The notes under the pieces: model-generated | Told to the model about the DNA's origin: nothing | What the model saw: only the letters and a program-made list of their open reading frames with translations | The model's database searches: none | Program-made: the position numbers and the translations under genes | Assembly: GCA_041589455.1 (NCBI GenBank) | Contig: JBFHVQ010000001.1 | Span: 12,793-76,792 of the forward strand | DNA from: Gammaproteobacteria bacterium | GTDB taxonomy: Bacteria > Pseudomonadota > Gammaproteobacteria > SZUA-229 | Reading direction: 5' to 3' | Length of the DNA: 64,000 nt | In this document: positions 38,297 through 48,453 of the stretch, piece after piece | Layout of the letters: each line of letters begins with the position of its first letter | Position numbering within the stretch: the stretch's first letter is position 1

Positions 38297-39187
38297 ATGA
38301 AATTATCACTTGGTCCCTTATTGTATTACTGGCCTAAGCAAGAGGTGCTGGATTTTTATAAGGAAATTGAAAAAACACCGGTAGATATTGTGTATCTTGG
38401 TGAAACAGTTTGTTCAAAACGTAAACAGATGCGTACTCAGGACTGGTTGGATCTTGCGGAACAGTTAGCTGAAGCAGGCAAGGAAGTCGTACTGTCGACG
38501 CTAGCATTATCAGAATCAGAATCCGATATCAAAACATTGAAGCGCCTTTGCCAGAACGATAAATTTCTGGTTGAAGCGAATGACATGAGTGCAGTAAGCT
38601 TGCTTGAGGGCGGCCCTTTTATTACCGGGCACAGTGTTAATCTCTATAATCACCACAGTATCCGGTTGCTGGAAAAGCTTGGACTGAAACGTTGGGTAAT
38701 GCCACTAGAATTAAGTGAGATAACACTGGGGGATTTACAAAGAAATATACCACCGCATATTGAAACTGAGGTATTTGCATTTGGACGTATACCCCTGGCA
38801 TATTCCGCACGTTGTTATACAGCACGAGCACATAACTTACAGAAAGATAACTGTGAATTTCGTTGTATCGATTACCCTGACGGCATGCTGTTAAATACCC
38901 AGGAAGATCAGCGTTTTTTAACGCTTAACGGGATACAGACGCAATCTGCGCAAACCTATAGTTTGCTGGATGAAGTGCAGCGACTACAGGCACTGAATGT
39001 TGATGTGCTACGCTTGAGTCCGCAACAGCGAGGCATGAAAGAGATCATTGAGGCTTTTCATAGAGCAATTATGGGTCAGTCAGGTCTGGAGCCAGTGGCC
39101 GTGTCTGTTAATGATTACGCACCCCATGGGTTATGCAATGGCTACTGGAAAGGCGAGGCCGGAATAAAATTAGAGGCGTCGATATAA
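38297..39187 (+). CDS. ubiV: U32-family partner subunit UbiV
   Basis: [14 protein letters not shown]...CSKR...[11 protein letters not shown]...CNGYW pattern of YhbV/UbiV. Confidence 0.85.
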   Translation: MKLSLGPLLYYWPKQEVLDFYKEIEKTPVDIVYLGETVCSKRKQMRTQDWLDLAEQLAEAGKEVVLSTLALSESESDIKTLKRLCQNDKFLVEANDMSAVSLLEGGPFITGHSVNLYNHHSIRLLEKLGLKRWVMPLELSEITLGDLQRNIPPHIETEVFAFGRIPLAYSARCYTARAHNLQKDNCEFRCIDYPDGMLLNTQEDQRFLTLNGIQTQSAQTYSLLDEVQRLQALNVDVLRLSPQQRGMKEIIEAFHRAIMGQSGLEPVAVSVNDYAPHGLCNGYWKGEAGIKLEASI

Positions 39188-39207
39188 GCTTTAACCGCTT
39201 GCAATTT

Positions 39208-39684
39208 TTAGCCAAATTTTTCTGCAAATTTTCGGCAGTGGTCACTGATTTTTAGTATCAGTTTCTGACGTTCGGAGAACTCGAGGCCATCCAGGAAATT
39301 TTTCACATAGAGACCAAGCTCAGTGTCGCCAGTGAGTTTTAATCGGCGATTGAAAAATAGTGTGTCCGGATCTTCCTTGCGGCTTAACATCAGTAAAAAA
39401 TCATAAGCTTTACCCTGCATTGTCATGTCAGCGACTTTAAGGTTTTCACGACTAATGATTTTATTATTCTGCATACCAAAACATAGCCTGACATTGGCGT
39501 CATCAATAATAATAGCAACAGATCGACCTTCTAAAAATTCCAGTTCATCATCTAGTAGCGACTGTTTAAAGACATGACTCAGGGAATAGCAAAACACACG
39601 ATGGCTAATGGTATCGGGAATCAATTTCAGTGGCCAGCGTAATGCCTGGGGTAATATTGGATTATGGCTAAGGGTATTATTCAT
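39208..39684 (-). CDS. ubiT: SCP2-domain ubiquinone accessory factor UbiT
   Basis: 158-aa SCP2-like protein adjacent (convergent) to ubiUV. Sequence style of YhbT. Confidence 0.7.
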   Translation of the reverse strand: MNNTLSHNPILPQALRWPLKLIPDTISHRVFCYSLSHVFKQSLLDDELEFLEGRSVAIIIDDANVRLCFGMQNNKIISRENLKVADMTMQGKAYDFLLMLSRKEDPDTLFFNRRLKLTGDTELGLYVKNFLDGLEFSERQKLILKISDHCRKFAEKFG

Positions 39685-39880
39685 GGAAGTAAGTTATGAC
39701 AGATTAGGTTGGAAATCGCCTTAATCTGTATCAAGTTATGGGTCTGTGAAGAAATGTCTGGTATGTAAGTCAGTCAATTATGTGTGGGATAAGGTCAGCC
39801 TATGATAATTGATTTATTATTCCTCATCCCAGTTCAAGCGGGTAAACTAGCGAAAATTTAAAATAATTAAGATCCAGATA

Positions 39881-40399
39881 ATGAAAACACTAATACTCGG
39901 TGGTGCGCGCTCAGGTAAAAGTAATTATGCACAGCAGTTGGCAGAACAAACGGGACTGCAGGTTATTTATATCGCCACGGCAACGCCGGGTGATGAAGAA
40001 ATGCGACTTCGTATAGAGCGGCACCAACAGGACAGGCCAGCAAGCTGGCAACTTGTTGAGGAGCCAATTGACCTGGTGTCGGCACTTGAGTCATATCACC
40101 ATGATAAAGTTTGCGTGCTGGTAGATTGCCTGACTCTGTGGCTTAGCAATCAGATAATGAACGATGACAGTAAAGTTGCCATGGCAATAGATGAGCTGGT
40201 AGAAATGATAAGCCAACTGGAGCTTACACTGATTATGGTGAGTAATGAAGTGGGTATGGGTGTTGTCCCCATGGGAGAAATAAGTCGACAGTTTGTCGAT
40301 GAGAGTGGTCGTATGCACCAGAATCTGGCACAGATTTGCGATCAGGTGGTGATGGTGATAGCGGGCTTACCACAGATTTTAAAAAAACAGGATAATTGA
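39881..40399 (+). CDS. cobU: Adenosylcobinamide kinase / adenosylcobinamide-phosphate guanylyltransferase
   Basis: P-loop GGARSGKS, 172 aa. Confidence 0.9.
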   Translation: MKTLILGGARSGKSNYAQQLAEQTGLQVIYIATATPGDEEMRLRIERHQQDRPASWQLVEEPIDLVSALESYHHDKVCVLVDCLTLWLSNQIMNDDSKVAMAIDELVEMISQLELTLIMVSNEVGMGVVPMGEISRQFVDESGRMHQNLAQICDQVVMVIAGLPQILKKQDN

Positions 40400-40402
40400 A
40401 CG

Positions 40403-41458
40403 TTGGAACAAAATGAATGGCTAACTCAGCCGATTAAAACCATTAATGAAACAGGTTTGCACAATGCACAGTTGAGACAGAATAACTTAACCAAGCCGCC
40501 CGGTTCATTGGGCGTGCTGGAAACGGTAGCGGTTCGACTGTCTGCCATGCAGGGTAAATCAGCTCCTCAAATCAAACAGATTCATATCACCGTATTTGCA
40601 GCGGACCATGGTATTGCGGCTGAGAATGTCTCGGCATTTCCTCAGGCAGTAACGGCTGAAATGGTAAAAAACTTTTCTGCTGGAGGCGCCGCAATCAGTG
40701 TCCTGTCGAAACAGCTCGGCGCTCGACTTGAAGTAGTTAATCTGGGAACGGTGGCTACAGTTGGCGATTTGCCGGGTGTTGTTGATCAGGTTATAGCTGA
40801 ATCAACAGCGAGCTTTCTACAGCAGCCTGCGATGACAGAAGTGCAACTAACACAGGCGTTGGAAGCAGGTCGACAGGCTGTGCAGCGTGCTCAACAGCAA
40901 CAATGTGATTTATTTATTGCCGGTGATATGGGTATTGCGAATACCTCAGCTGCGACTGCCATGGCCTGTGCATTACTTAACTGTCCGGCTAGTGAGTTAG
41001 CCGGGCGGGGTACCGGTCTGGATGATAATGGGCTTAATCATAAAATACAGATAATTCAACAAAGTCTGGATAAGCATCAGCTGAAATCAACTCAACTAAT
41101 AAAAATTTTACAAACCTTCGGTGGTTTCGAAATTGCGGCGATGACAGCAGCCTATATCGCCTGTGGACAAAAGGGTATAACGGCACTGGTTGATGGTTTT
41201 ATTGCCACCAGTGCCGCGCTACTTGCGATTCAGATTAATCCACAGGTTAAAAACTGGCTAATGTTTTCTCATGCTTCTGCAGAGCCCGGGCACCAGAAAA
41301 TGATGCAGGCAATTGATGAGCAGCCATTGCTTGATTTAAATCTACGTCTTGGTGAAGCCAGTGGAGCCGCTGTTGCCGTACCGCTGTTACATATGGCCTG
41401 TGCGTTGCATAATGAAATGGCAACGTTTGAGCAGGCCGGTGTGAGTGAGGGGCTTTAA
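40403..41458 (+). CDS. cobT: Nicotinate-nucleotide--dimethylbenzimidazole phosphoribosyltransferase
   Basis: 351 aa with typical CobT sequence (GDMGIANTSAATA). Confidence 0.9.
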   Translation: MEQNEWLTQPIKTINETGLHNAQLRQNNLTKPPGSLGVLETVAVRLSAMQGKSAPQIKQIHITVFAADHGIAAENVSAFPQAVTAEMVKNFSAGGAAISVLSKQLGARLEVVNLGTVATVGDLPGVVDQVIAESTASFLQQPAMTEVQLTQALEAGRQAVQRAQQQQCDLFIAGDMGIANTSAATAMACALLNCPASELAGRGTGLDDNGLNHKIQIIQQSLDKHQLKSTQLIKILQTFGGFEIAAMTAAYIACGQKGITALVDGFIATSAALLAIQINPQVKNWLMFSHASAEPGHQKMMQAIDEQPLLDLNLRLGEASGAAVAVPLLHMACALHNEMATFEQAGVSEGL

Positions 41459-41460
41459 TA

Positions 41461-42054
41461 TTGTCCCGTGACACCACAGTAACTACAGTGGATTTATTGC
41501 GGCATGGTCTAACAGAGGCAGGTCAATGCTTTCTGGGATCTACTGATGCGTCATTGAATGAGACGGGCTGGCAGCAGATGCAATCAGCGCAGCTCAGTCA
41601 GAACTACCAGCGAGTTGTCAGTTCTCCGTTGATACGCTGTCAGTCGTTTGCCAGTAAATATGCGCAACAAAATAAGCTGCCACTGGAAATAAAAAATGAT
41701 TTTCGTGAGATTGATTTTGGTCTCTGGGAAGGTAAAACATCGGCAGCATTGTGGGAGAGTGAGCAGCAGGATCTGCTGCGATTCTGGGAAAACCCTTTTG
41801 ACTTTACGCCACCGCAGGCTGAGTCAATGCAGTGTTTTAAAGAAAGAGTGATTTGCGAATTTAAGAAAATGATCGAAGATTATCAGGGAGAAAAAATCTT
41901 ACTGGTTAGTCATGGGGGAGTGATTAAGGTGATCGCCTGTCATATTCTACAGCTGGATACAAGAAACTTGCATCAGTTTTCAGTTGAACATGGAAGGGTT
42001 ACAGGTCTTAGTGTATGGGCTGATTCTGCCCGACTGGAATACCTCAATCGCTAG
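41461..42054 (+). CDS. cobC: Alpha-ribazole phosphatase (histidine phosphatase family)
   Basis: LLRHGLTEAG (RHG motif). A GTG at 41494 is an alternative start. Confidence 0.75.
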   Translation: MSRDTTVTTVDLLRHGLTEAGQCFLGSTDASLNETGWQQMQSAQLSQNYQRVVSSPLIRCQSFASKYAQQNKLPLEIKNDFREIDFGLWEGKTSAALWESEQQDLLRFWENPFDFTPPQAESMQCFKERVICEFKKMIEDYQGEKILLVSHGGVIKVIACHILQLDTRNLHQFSVEHGRVTGLSVWADSARLEYLNR

Positions 42055-42058
42055 TGCT

Positions 42059-42676
42059 ATGAATCAATGGAATCCCGATTTCCTTGCCGCAACTCACAGT
42101 ATAAAAAATATCGATCGTGATTTTATTGAGTGGCATAAAGGCAGGACGCGCTATGCTATCTGGGCTTTGCATGTTGATGATAAATGCTGGCTTCAGCACC
42201 TGCATCTGGCAAGAGAGATGTTAATGTCATGCCTGTTATCGGGAAAACAACGTATGCCACATATTACGCTGATTGCGGTTGGTTTTGTTGAAGATACAGG
42301 TTTTTCTGATATGGTTTCTCAGCAAAAAAACATACTGAAAAAGTGCCAGTTAAAACCCTTTGAGTTGCAGTTAGGAAGGCTGGATAGTTTTTCCAGTGCT
42401 GCTTATTTTTCTGTTGTTGATCTGGCAAGCAATTTAAATAAAATCAGAAACGCTTTTTCCAGTGTTATGCAGGAAGAAAGAAACGTGACCTATACACCAC
42501 ATCTAACAGTGGGTTTGTATAATGCAGAATATCCGACTGCTTCACTCATCGAGTTAATGAAGGATTATGAAAATCCTGTATGTCCATCTATCGAAATTAA
42601 TAAAATGAGTTTAATGTGTTTTGATACAAAAAGTATTTTTAGCCCATTAGAGGTGATGGATGTTTTTGAATTCTAA
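42059..42676 (+). CDS. 2H phosphoesterase superfamily protein (LigT / cyclic-phosphodiesterase-like)
   Basis: Two H-x-T-x motifs in hydrophobic context (PHITLIAVG and PHLTVGLY) about 110 aa apart. ATG 5 nt after the cobC stop. Confidence 0.6.
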   Translation: MNQWNPDFLAATHSIKNIDRDFIEWHKGRTRYAIWALHVDDKCWLQHLHLAREMLMSCLLSGKQRMPHITLIAVGFVEDTGFSDMVSQQKNILKKCQLKPFELQLGRLDSFSSAAYFSVVDLASNLNKIRNAFSSVMQEERNVTYTPHLTVGLYNAEYPTASLIELMKDYENPVCPSIEINKMSLMCFDTKSIFSPLEVMDVFEF

Positions 42677-42702
42677 CGAGCTAATAAATTACAGGTACTA
42701 AT

Positions 42703-43443
42703 ATGCATTCGCTATTGCTGGCAATACAGTTTTTAACGCGCCTTCCGCTTACCACAGAGCTTGAGTGGAGTGATGAGTCAGTCGCCAGATCGGTATTGTT
42801 TTATCCTCTGGTCGGCCTGCTAATCGGCATGCTGTTGTGGTTATTTGCAACATTACTAGACAGTGTACCGGCTATGTTACAGGCAGCATTAGTGCTCGTT
42901 GCCTGGGTTATATTGACCGGAGGCTTACATCTCGATGGGCTGGCAGACAGTGCCGATGCCTGGGCGGGTGCATATGGCGATAAAGAAAAAGCCTTAGAAA
43001 TCATGAAAGATCCGGCAGCAGGGCCTGTGGCTGTGGTTGTTCTGGTGTTATTGCTGATTGTTAAGTTTGCTGCGCTGACGGTTTTACTGGAGCAGCATAC
43101 TGGATTACTTATTGTTGCGCCGATTTTGGGTCGAATGGCAATTCTGCTATTGCTGTTAACAACGCCTTATGTACGACAACAGGGGCTGGGTTCATCAATG
43201 GCGCAGTATCTGGATCATCAAAAAAGCCAATGGGTTTTACTGATTAGCGCGTTGATTTTGATATTGATGTTACCCTTGTCAGTGTTTGTGATTGTTGCAA
43301 TCGCGGCGGCGCTAATGTTGTATGGTTTGCGTTACTTAATGATTAACAGAATTCAGGGTATGACCGGTGATACCATTGGTGCCAGTGTTGAAATGGTCGA
43401 ATGTATAAGCCTTGTTGCATTAGCGATGGCTGTTGCTGCATAA
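42703..43443 (+). CDS. cobS: Adenosylcobinamide-GDP ribazoletransferase (cobalamin synthase)
   Basis: Polytopic membrane protein with MHSLLLAIQFLTRLPL N-terminus typical of CobS. Confidence 0.9.
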   Translation: MHSLLLAIQFLTRLPLTTELEWSDESVARSVLFYPLVGLLIGMLLWLFATLLDSVPAMLQAALVLVAWVILTGGLHLDGLADSADAWAGAYGDKEKALEIMKDPAAGPVAVVVLVLLLIVKFAALTVLLEQHTGLLIVAPILGRMAILLLLLTTPYVRQQGLGSSMAQYLDHQKSQWVLLISALILILMLPLSVFVIVAIAAALMLYGLRYLMINRIQGMTGDTIGASVEMVECISLVALAMAVAA

Positions 43444-43669
43444 AAGATAGTGATTCATTGCAGTGAGTATGGCGTTTTAGTTATTAGCTATGTAACTGGC
43501 GGGTTTAACAGACCGGGCGCTATAAAATTTACAACATACGATATGCATGAACGAGGAACGGCATACTAATAAAATATTTCCAGATCCAGAATTTCATGAT
43601 GAATCGTAGTGGTTTTTCTGGTCATGTTAGAATTCAAATGAAGAATCTTATGATTGTGAATAATAAACA

Positions 43670-44575
43670 ATGAGCTTAATTAAATTTATCGCGCTTCAAC
43701 TTATTACCTGCCTTGGGTTTTTTTCTGTATCGAGTGCATTTGCAGAAGTGCGGGTTGAGGATGATATAGGTCAGTTGATCATACTGGAGTCACCCGCCAG
43801 GCGCGTTATTAGTCTGGCGCCGCATACAACGGAACTGCTGTTTGATGCAGGTGCCACGGATCAGCTTAAGGGCGTAGTGAGTTTTAGTGATTACCCGGAA
43901 CAGGCAAAAACAATACGCAGAATTGGTAGTTATAACCAGTTTGATCTGGAGGCGATTACGGCTCTTAAGCCAGATCTCATTGTTGCCTGGCAGGAAGGTA
44001 ATACCATGGCGCGCATCAACCAGGTGATGAGCCTGGGTGTTCCGGTGTTTGTCAATGAGCCAAGAACCTATGAAGATATTGAAACATCAATTCTAAAGTT
44101 TGGAAAATTATTAGGTACCGAGAACAAAGCCCGGCAGCGGGCAGAGCAATATACCCGTGAGCTGGCTCGTTTAAAACAGGCTAACAATGATAAGTCACCG
44201 GTCAGGGTGTTTTATCAGGTCTGGGATAAGCCGCTTTATACCGTGAATGGTCAGCACCTGATTAGTCGGGTTATTGATTTTTGTAGTGGCATTAATGTAT
44301 TTCATCAGGTGAGTGCACTGTCGCCACAAATCGGAATTGAATCCGTGTTACAGCGAGACCCGGAAGTCATTGTGGCGGGTATGGCGAAAGGGCGTGAGCA
44401 CTGGCTGGATGACTGGAAACAATGGAGTGGGTTACAGGCGGTGAGAAATCAGCAGCTGTATGCCATCAATGCGGATCTGATTGTGCGACATACACCGCGA
44501 ATACTACAGGGAACGCAACAAATGTGTGATATTTTTGATCAGGTGAGAAGCGCCAGAAAAAAGATAAGCAACTGA
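43670..44575 (+). CDS. btuF: Periplasmic cobalamin-binding protein of the ABC importer
   Basis: Signal peptide and BtuF/class-III SBP sequence (RVISLAPHTTELL). Confidence 0.8.
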   Translation: MSLIKFIALQLITCLGFFSVSSAFAEVRVEDDIGQLIILESPARRVISLAPHTTELLFDAGATDQLKGVVSFSDYPEQAKTIRRIGSYNQFDLEAITALKPDLIVAWQEGNTMARINQVMSLGVPVFVNEPRTYEDIETSILKFGKLLGTENKARQRAEQYTRELARLKQANNDKSPVRVFYQVWDKPLYTVNGQHLISRVIDFCSGINVFHQVSALSPQIGIESVLQRDPEVIVAGMAKGREHWLDDWKQWSGLQAVRNQQLYAINADLIVRHTPRILQGTQQMCDIFDQVRSARKKISN

Positions 44576-44679
44576 TTGTTATACTTATTTAAATGTAATG
44601 GACGGTTCGTCTAACAAATAGCCATTGTGGCAAACAGGACTTTGCTGTATATTCTTGCGACTTATTTACGGGTCCAGAG

Positions 44680-44960
44680 TACGTTCTGGATAATAGGGAA
44701 GTCAGTGAATATTCTTCTGGAATATGATTCTGACGCTGCCCCCGCAACGGTAATTGAGTTAGATAAATTCAGGTTATTTCACAAAAAGCCAGCCACTGCG
44801 TCAGCGGGAAGGCCATTTATCTTTAATCTCATAAGCCCGGAGACCTGCCTGTAATGTTAACCAATACGTTGCGGAGGGCGACCGGGTGAAGACGAATCTT
44901 TCTTCTGTTTCTGTCTAACCATTTTCCCTGGCAACATTATCTACCTCCGTTTTTTTAGGT
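44680..44960 (+). promoter_or_regulatory. Cobalamin (AdoCbl) riboswitch in the btuB leader
   Basis: aatagggaagtcagtgaatattc, gctgcccccgcaacggtaa, gccactg and the B12 box aagcccggagacctgcc. Anti-SD cctcc next to the btuB RBS aggtgag. Confidence 0.75.
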
Positions 44961-44966
44961 GAGTTA

Positions 44967-46928
44967 ATGTTATTTAATCAAAATAAAACACTTTTACTGA
45001 CAGCTCTGCTGAGCAGTTTTTCTACTACTTCACTGGCTGAAGAATTATCAACCGTTGTGGTGAGTGCCACTCGCTCTGAACAATCCAGTATCACGACAGC
45101 TTCCAATATTATTGTTATTGATCGCCAGCAAATTGAACAAAGTGCGGCCTCTTCTGTGGCTGAAGTTTTACGTCGATACAGTGGAATAGTGGTTTCAGAT
45201 TTTTATGGCGATGGAAGTCGTGTAAATATTGGTGTGCGCGGTTTTGGCGAAACCGCTAGCTCAAACACCCTGATAATGGTTGATGGGCGTCGACTGAATA
45301 ACCCCGATATTGGCGCACCTGATCTGTACAGTGTTTCTCTGTCAGATATTGAGCGTATTGAAATCGTGTATGGTAGCGCGGGTGTGCTGTATGGTGACCA
45401 GGCCGTTGGTGGTGTGGTAAATATTATTACCCGCTCTTCACAAATTGACAGCAAGGAACTGGAACTGCTGCAGGGTAGTTATGCCAAGGCAGAGGCGAGA
45501 CTAAGAATGTCTGGTGGTCTTACAGATGATCTTTCATACAAACTTCTACTCGACCGAAGAACAACTGATAACTATCGTGATCACAATGAAAATAGTTACC
45601 AGCAGGCTTATGGTTTGCTTTCACATAACTATGCTCAGGGAAGTGCATTTTTTGAGTGGCAGTATGCAGATGACGAACTGGAAACACCAGGTGCGATTTT
45701 TGCCAATGATCTGATCACTGATAGGCAGCAGGTACTGGCAGGTAATGAAACTGATTTCTCTAACCTGAAAACGAATACAGCACGTGCAGGTATCAAACAT
45801 GACCTGAATCAGGCATGGGGTATTGAAGCAGAATTAACCTCACGTCGTGCTGATGGTAGTTTTGATCTGGGTTTTGGGGCAAGTACACAGGATCGTGAAG
45901 TTTATGAATTTACGCCAAGAGCAATAGGCGCTTTCAATATGAATAACAGTGAAGCGATTGTGACAGTTGGAATCGACTTGCTTGAGTCGGAATACCTGCT
46001 ATCCAGTGCATTTGGTGATCAGTTTAATGATCAGACCATGCGCTCCTTATATGCACAGGTTGTTTTACCGATGACATCTCAACTGGATCTGACTCTTGGC
46101 TCTCGTTATGCTGAAGTTGAAAACAAACTGCAAGACACAGGTTTCTTTGCTATTTATCCCAATGGCGAGGACGTCGATGAAGACCTGACAGTGATGGAGT
46201 TGGGTGCTCGATATCAGTTTAACGATCAACTAAGTTTCACCGCACGCGTTGAAGAAAACTACCGTTTCGCCAAAGTAGATGAATACATGCAGCCAGCTTT
46301 TTCAGGTTTTAGTCCTGTGATACTGGAAACGCAAACCGGTCTTTCTTATGAGCTGGGTGTTGACTGGAGTCATCAGAATATGTGGTTAAATGCCTCTGCA
46401 TTCTTGCTGGATCTGGAAGATGAAATTATTTATGACCCGGTTAATTTCGCCAATATCAATATAGATTCTACAGCTCGAAAAGGTATTAATCTAAATAGCC
46501 GCTTTATCGTGAGTGATGATATAAGGCTGGGTATGAATCTGGCGGTACAGCGTGCGGATGTGAAAAGCGGGATTTTTGCAGGTAACGATGTGCCCTTTGT
46601 GCCGGAAGAGCAGCTAAATATATTTGCGGATTATCAGGTGTCAGATTCTGTCAGTATGTTATTAGAGGCTGAATATACTTCGGAAAGAACCATGTCAAGT
46701 GACTTCCCGAATGATCTGGAAAAGCTTCCCTCATATACACTGTTTAATCTGGTTAGCACCTTTAAAGATAATAATATTACCTTTAGATTGCGTATAAATA
46801 ATCTATTTGATAAAGAGTATTCTGAATACGGACTGTCAGGCTTTAATCCAAATACTAGCCAGTTTGAAGAGGCGTATTATCCTTCGCCGGAGCGTAATTA
46901 CACCTTGAGTGCTAATATTAAGTTCTAA
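44967..46928 (+). CDS. btuB: TonB-dependent outer-membrane cobalamin receptor
   Basis: Signal peptide, TonB box (STVVVSAT), plug and barrel, C-terminal F. Riboswitch immediately upstream. Confidence 0.85.
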   Translation: MLFNQNKTLLLTALLSSFSTTSLAEELSTVVVSATRSEQSSITTASNIIVIDRQQIEQSAASSVAEVLRRYSGIVVSDFYGDGSRVNIGVRGFGETASSNTLIMVDGRRLNNPDIGAPDLYSVSLSDIERIEIVYGSAGVLYGDQAVGGVVNIITRSSQIDSKELELLQGSYAKAEARLRMSGGLTDDLSYKLLLDRRTTDNYRDHNENSYQQAYGLLSHNYAQGSAFFEWQYADDELETPGAIFANDLITDRQQVLAGNETDFSNLKTNTARAGIKHDLNQAWGIEAELTSRRADGSFDLGFGASTQDREVYEFTPRAIGAFNMNNSEAIVTVGIDLLESEYLLSSAFGDQFNDQTMRSLYAQVVLPMTSQLDLTLGSRYAEVENKLQDTGFFAIYPNGEDVDEDLTVMELGARYQFNDQLSFTARVEENYRFAKVDEYMQPAFSGFSPVILETQTGLSYELGVDWSHQNMWLNASAFLLDLEDEIIYDPVNFANINIDSTARKGINLNSRFIVSDDIRLGMNLAVQRADVKSGIFAGNDVPFVPEEQLNIFADYQVSDSVSMLLEAEYTSERTMSSDFPNDLEKLPSYTLFNLVSTFKDNNITFRLRINNLFDKEYSEYGLSGFNPNTSQFEEAYYPSPERNYTLSANIKF

Positions 46929-46929
46929 G

Positions 46930-47664
46930 ATGAAAAGTCATTACACACGAAACATATTGATTGCGCTAAGCCTTTCGGGGCTAGCGCATATTATGTTTTT
47001 GTTTGTAAATAATGAGGCGGCTCATGAAGTGGCGAAGCGTAAGACGACACAGATTGAGTTGTTGTTGGTCGAATCAAATCCCGAGGTGATTCAGTCGGTA
47101 GAAAAGCCTGCGCAGCATGAAGGTGAAAATCATAAGGAGCTTTCTGAAGATAAGCCTTCCGAAATTAGCCATAAAAAGGAACAGATTAAACAGGCAGACG
47201 TTATAAAAACTATTGAAGATAAAAAGTCACCTCTGGTTGCTGATTTTCAGCAGATTCATGAAACAGAAAACTTAGATGAAAAAGAGTTGCTGACAGAGCA
47301 AGTTGTAAAAAATAAAGAACAGTTAATAACACAACAAGTTGAACAGCAGATAGCGCAGCAGGCAGTGAATTACCAGCAGCAGGCCGATGACCTGAGTCTT
47401 CATATCTATCGTGCGATTAATAAGAATAAACAGTACCCATATCGTGCGCGTCGATTAAACAAACAGGGAAATGTTAAATTGAGTTTTGTAATGCATCCGG
47501 ATGGACTGGTTAGTGATGTGACGGTGCTTGAATCCAGTTACCATAAAATTCTTGATTCTGCAGCCCAACGAGCGGTGTCGTCAATTTCACCATTTGCTAT
47601 GGCTGCTCAGTATCTGAATTATAAACATCAATACAATATTGATATTGAGTTCAGGCTTAACTAG
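46930..47664 (+). CDS. tonB: TonB-family energy transducer (C-terminal TonB domain)
   Basis: N-terminal TM, charged/proline-poor linker, C-terminal NVKLSFVMHPDGLVSDVTVLESS TonB_C-like. Start 2 nt after the btuB stop. Confidence 0.6.
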   Translation: MKSHYTRNILIALSLSGLAHIMFLFVNNEAAHEVAKRKTTQIELLLVESNPEVIQSVEKPAQHEGENHKELSEDKPSEISHKKEQIKQADVIKTIEDKKSPLVADFQQIHETENLDEKELLTEQVVKNKEQLITQQVEQQIAQQAVNYQQQADDLSLHIYRAINKNKQYPYRARRLNKQGNVKLSFVMHPDGLVSDVTVLESSYHKILDSAAQRAVSSISPFAMAAQYLNYKHQYNIDIEFRLN

Positions 47665-47679
47665 GTTACTAATTGCGGG

Positions 47680-48453
47680 CTATTTATTTTCAGCAAAGAA
47701 AAACGCCTGATTGTTCGTCTCAAAACATTTCATTGGGTGCTGATAAAGCTGGCTTAATGTTTCTTCGTTTAGTAATTCAGCCGTCGTTCCCTGTTTGACT
47801 TCGTTATCACCAAAAAGTAAAAGTACATGACTGCAGTATTGTTGAACCAGGTTGATATCGTGCAGGCTGGTGATAATGCTTTTGCTGTTGTTCTGAGTAA
47901 GGCTAACAAAGTGTTTTAATAGCTGAATCTGATATTTTAAATCAAGATGGCTATTGGGTTCGTCGAGTAAATAAATATCGGGTGACTGAGTTAGTAAGCG
48001 GGCAATCGAAACGCGCTGTTTTTCACCGCCCGAGAGTTGTTCAATCGAGTCATATTGTCTCGAGAGCAAATCCACAAGGCTTAATGCAGATCGTGCGATC
48101 TGGTAATCCTGTGGGGCTTCCCAGGACCAGTTATCGATATGTGGGTGGCGTCCACTGAGTACCAGTTCTAATACGCTGGCAGGAAAGCTGTCTTCCAGTT
48201 GCTGTAATAGAACGCTGAGTTTTTTAGCCAGTTGTTTACGGGATATTTGCGCTAGCTCGATGCCATCAAGTGTAATCTGCCCCTGTTGTGGTTGTCGTAA
48301 TCCTGCAAGGGTGTGGAGTAAGGTTGTTTTGCCTATGCCGTTACGGCCTAGAATACCCCAGACTTCTCCAGGTTTGATGCTAAGTGATAAATTCTGGCAA
48401 ATGGCTTTGCTGCCAATGCTGACGCACAGATCATGAGTTTCGAGTGTCGTCAT
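47680..48453 (-). CDS. btuD: ABC transporter ATP-binding protein (BtuD/FecE type)
   Basis: Walker A GRNGIGKTT, signature LSGGEKQRV. Confidence 0.8.
   Translation of the reverse strand: MTTLETHDLCVSIGSKAICQNLSLSIKPGEVWGILGRNGIGKTTLLHTLAGLRQPQQGQITLDGIELAQISRKQLAKKLSVLLQQLEDSFPASVLELVLSGRHPHIDNWSWEAPQDYQIARSALSLVDLLSRQYDSIEQLSGGEKQRVSIARLLTQSPDIYLLDEPNSHLDLKYQIQLLKHFVSLTQNNSKSIITSLHDINLVQQYCSHVLLLFGDNEVKQGTTAELLNEETLSQLYQHPMKCFETNNQAFFFAENK

Noticed and set aside
41984-42058. ORF-finder start of the 2H protein overlapping cobC by 70 nt
   Set aside because: An ATG 5 nt after the cobC stop gives a non-overlapping gene and keeps both His motifs; the overlap is an artefact of picking the longest ORF.
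44627-44854. 75-aa ORF on the plus strand
   Set aside because: Lies entirely within the cobalamin riboswitch; non-coding.
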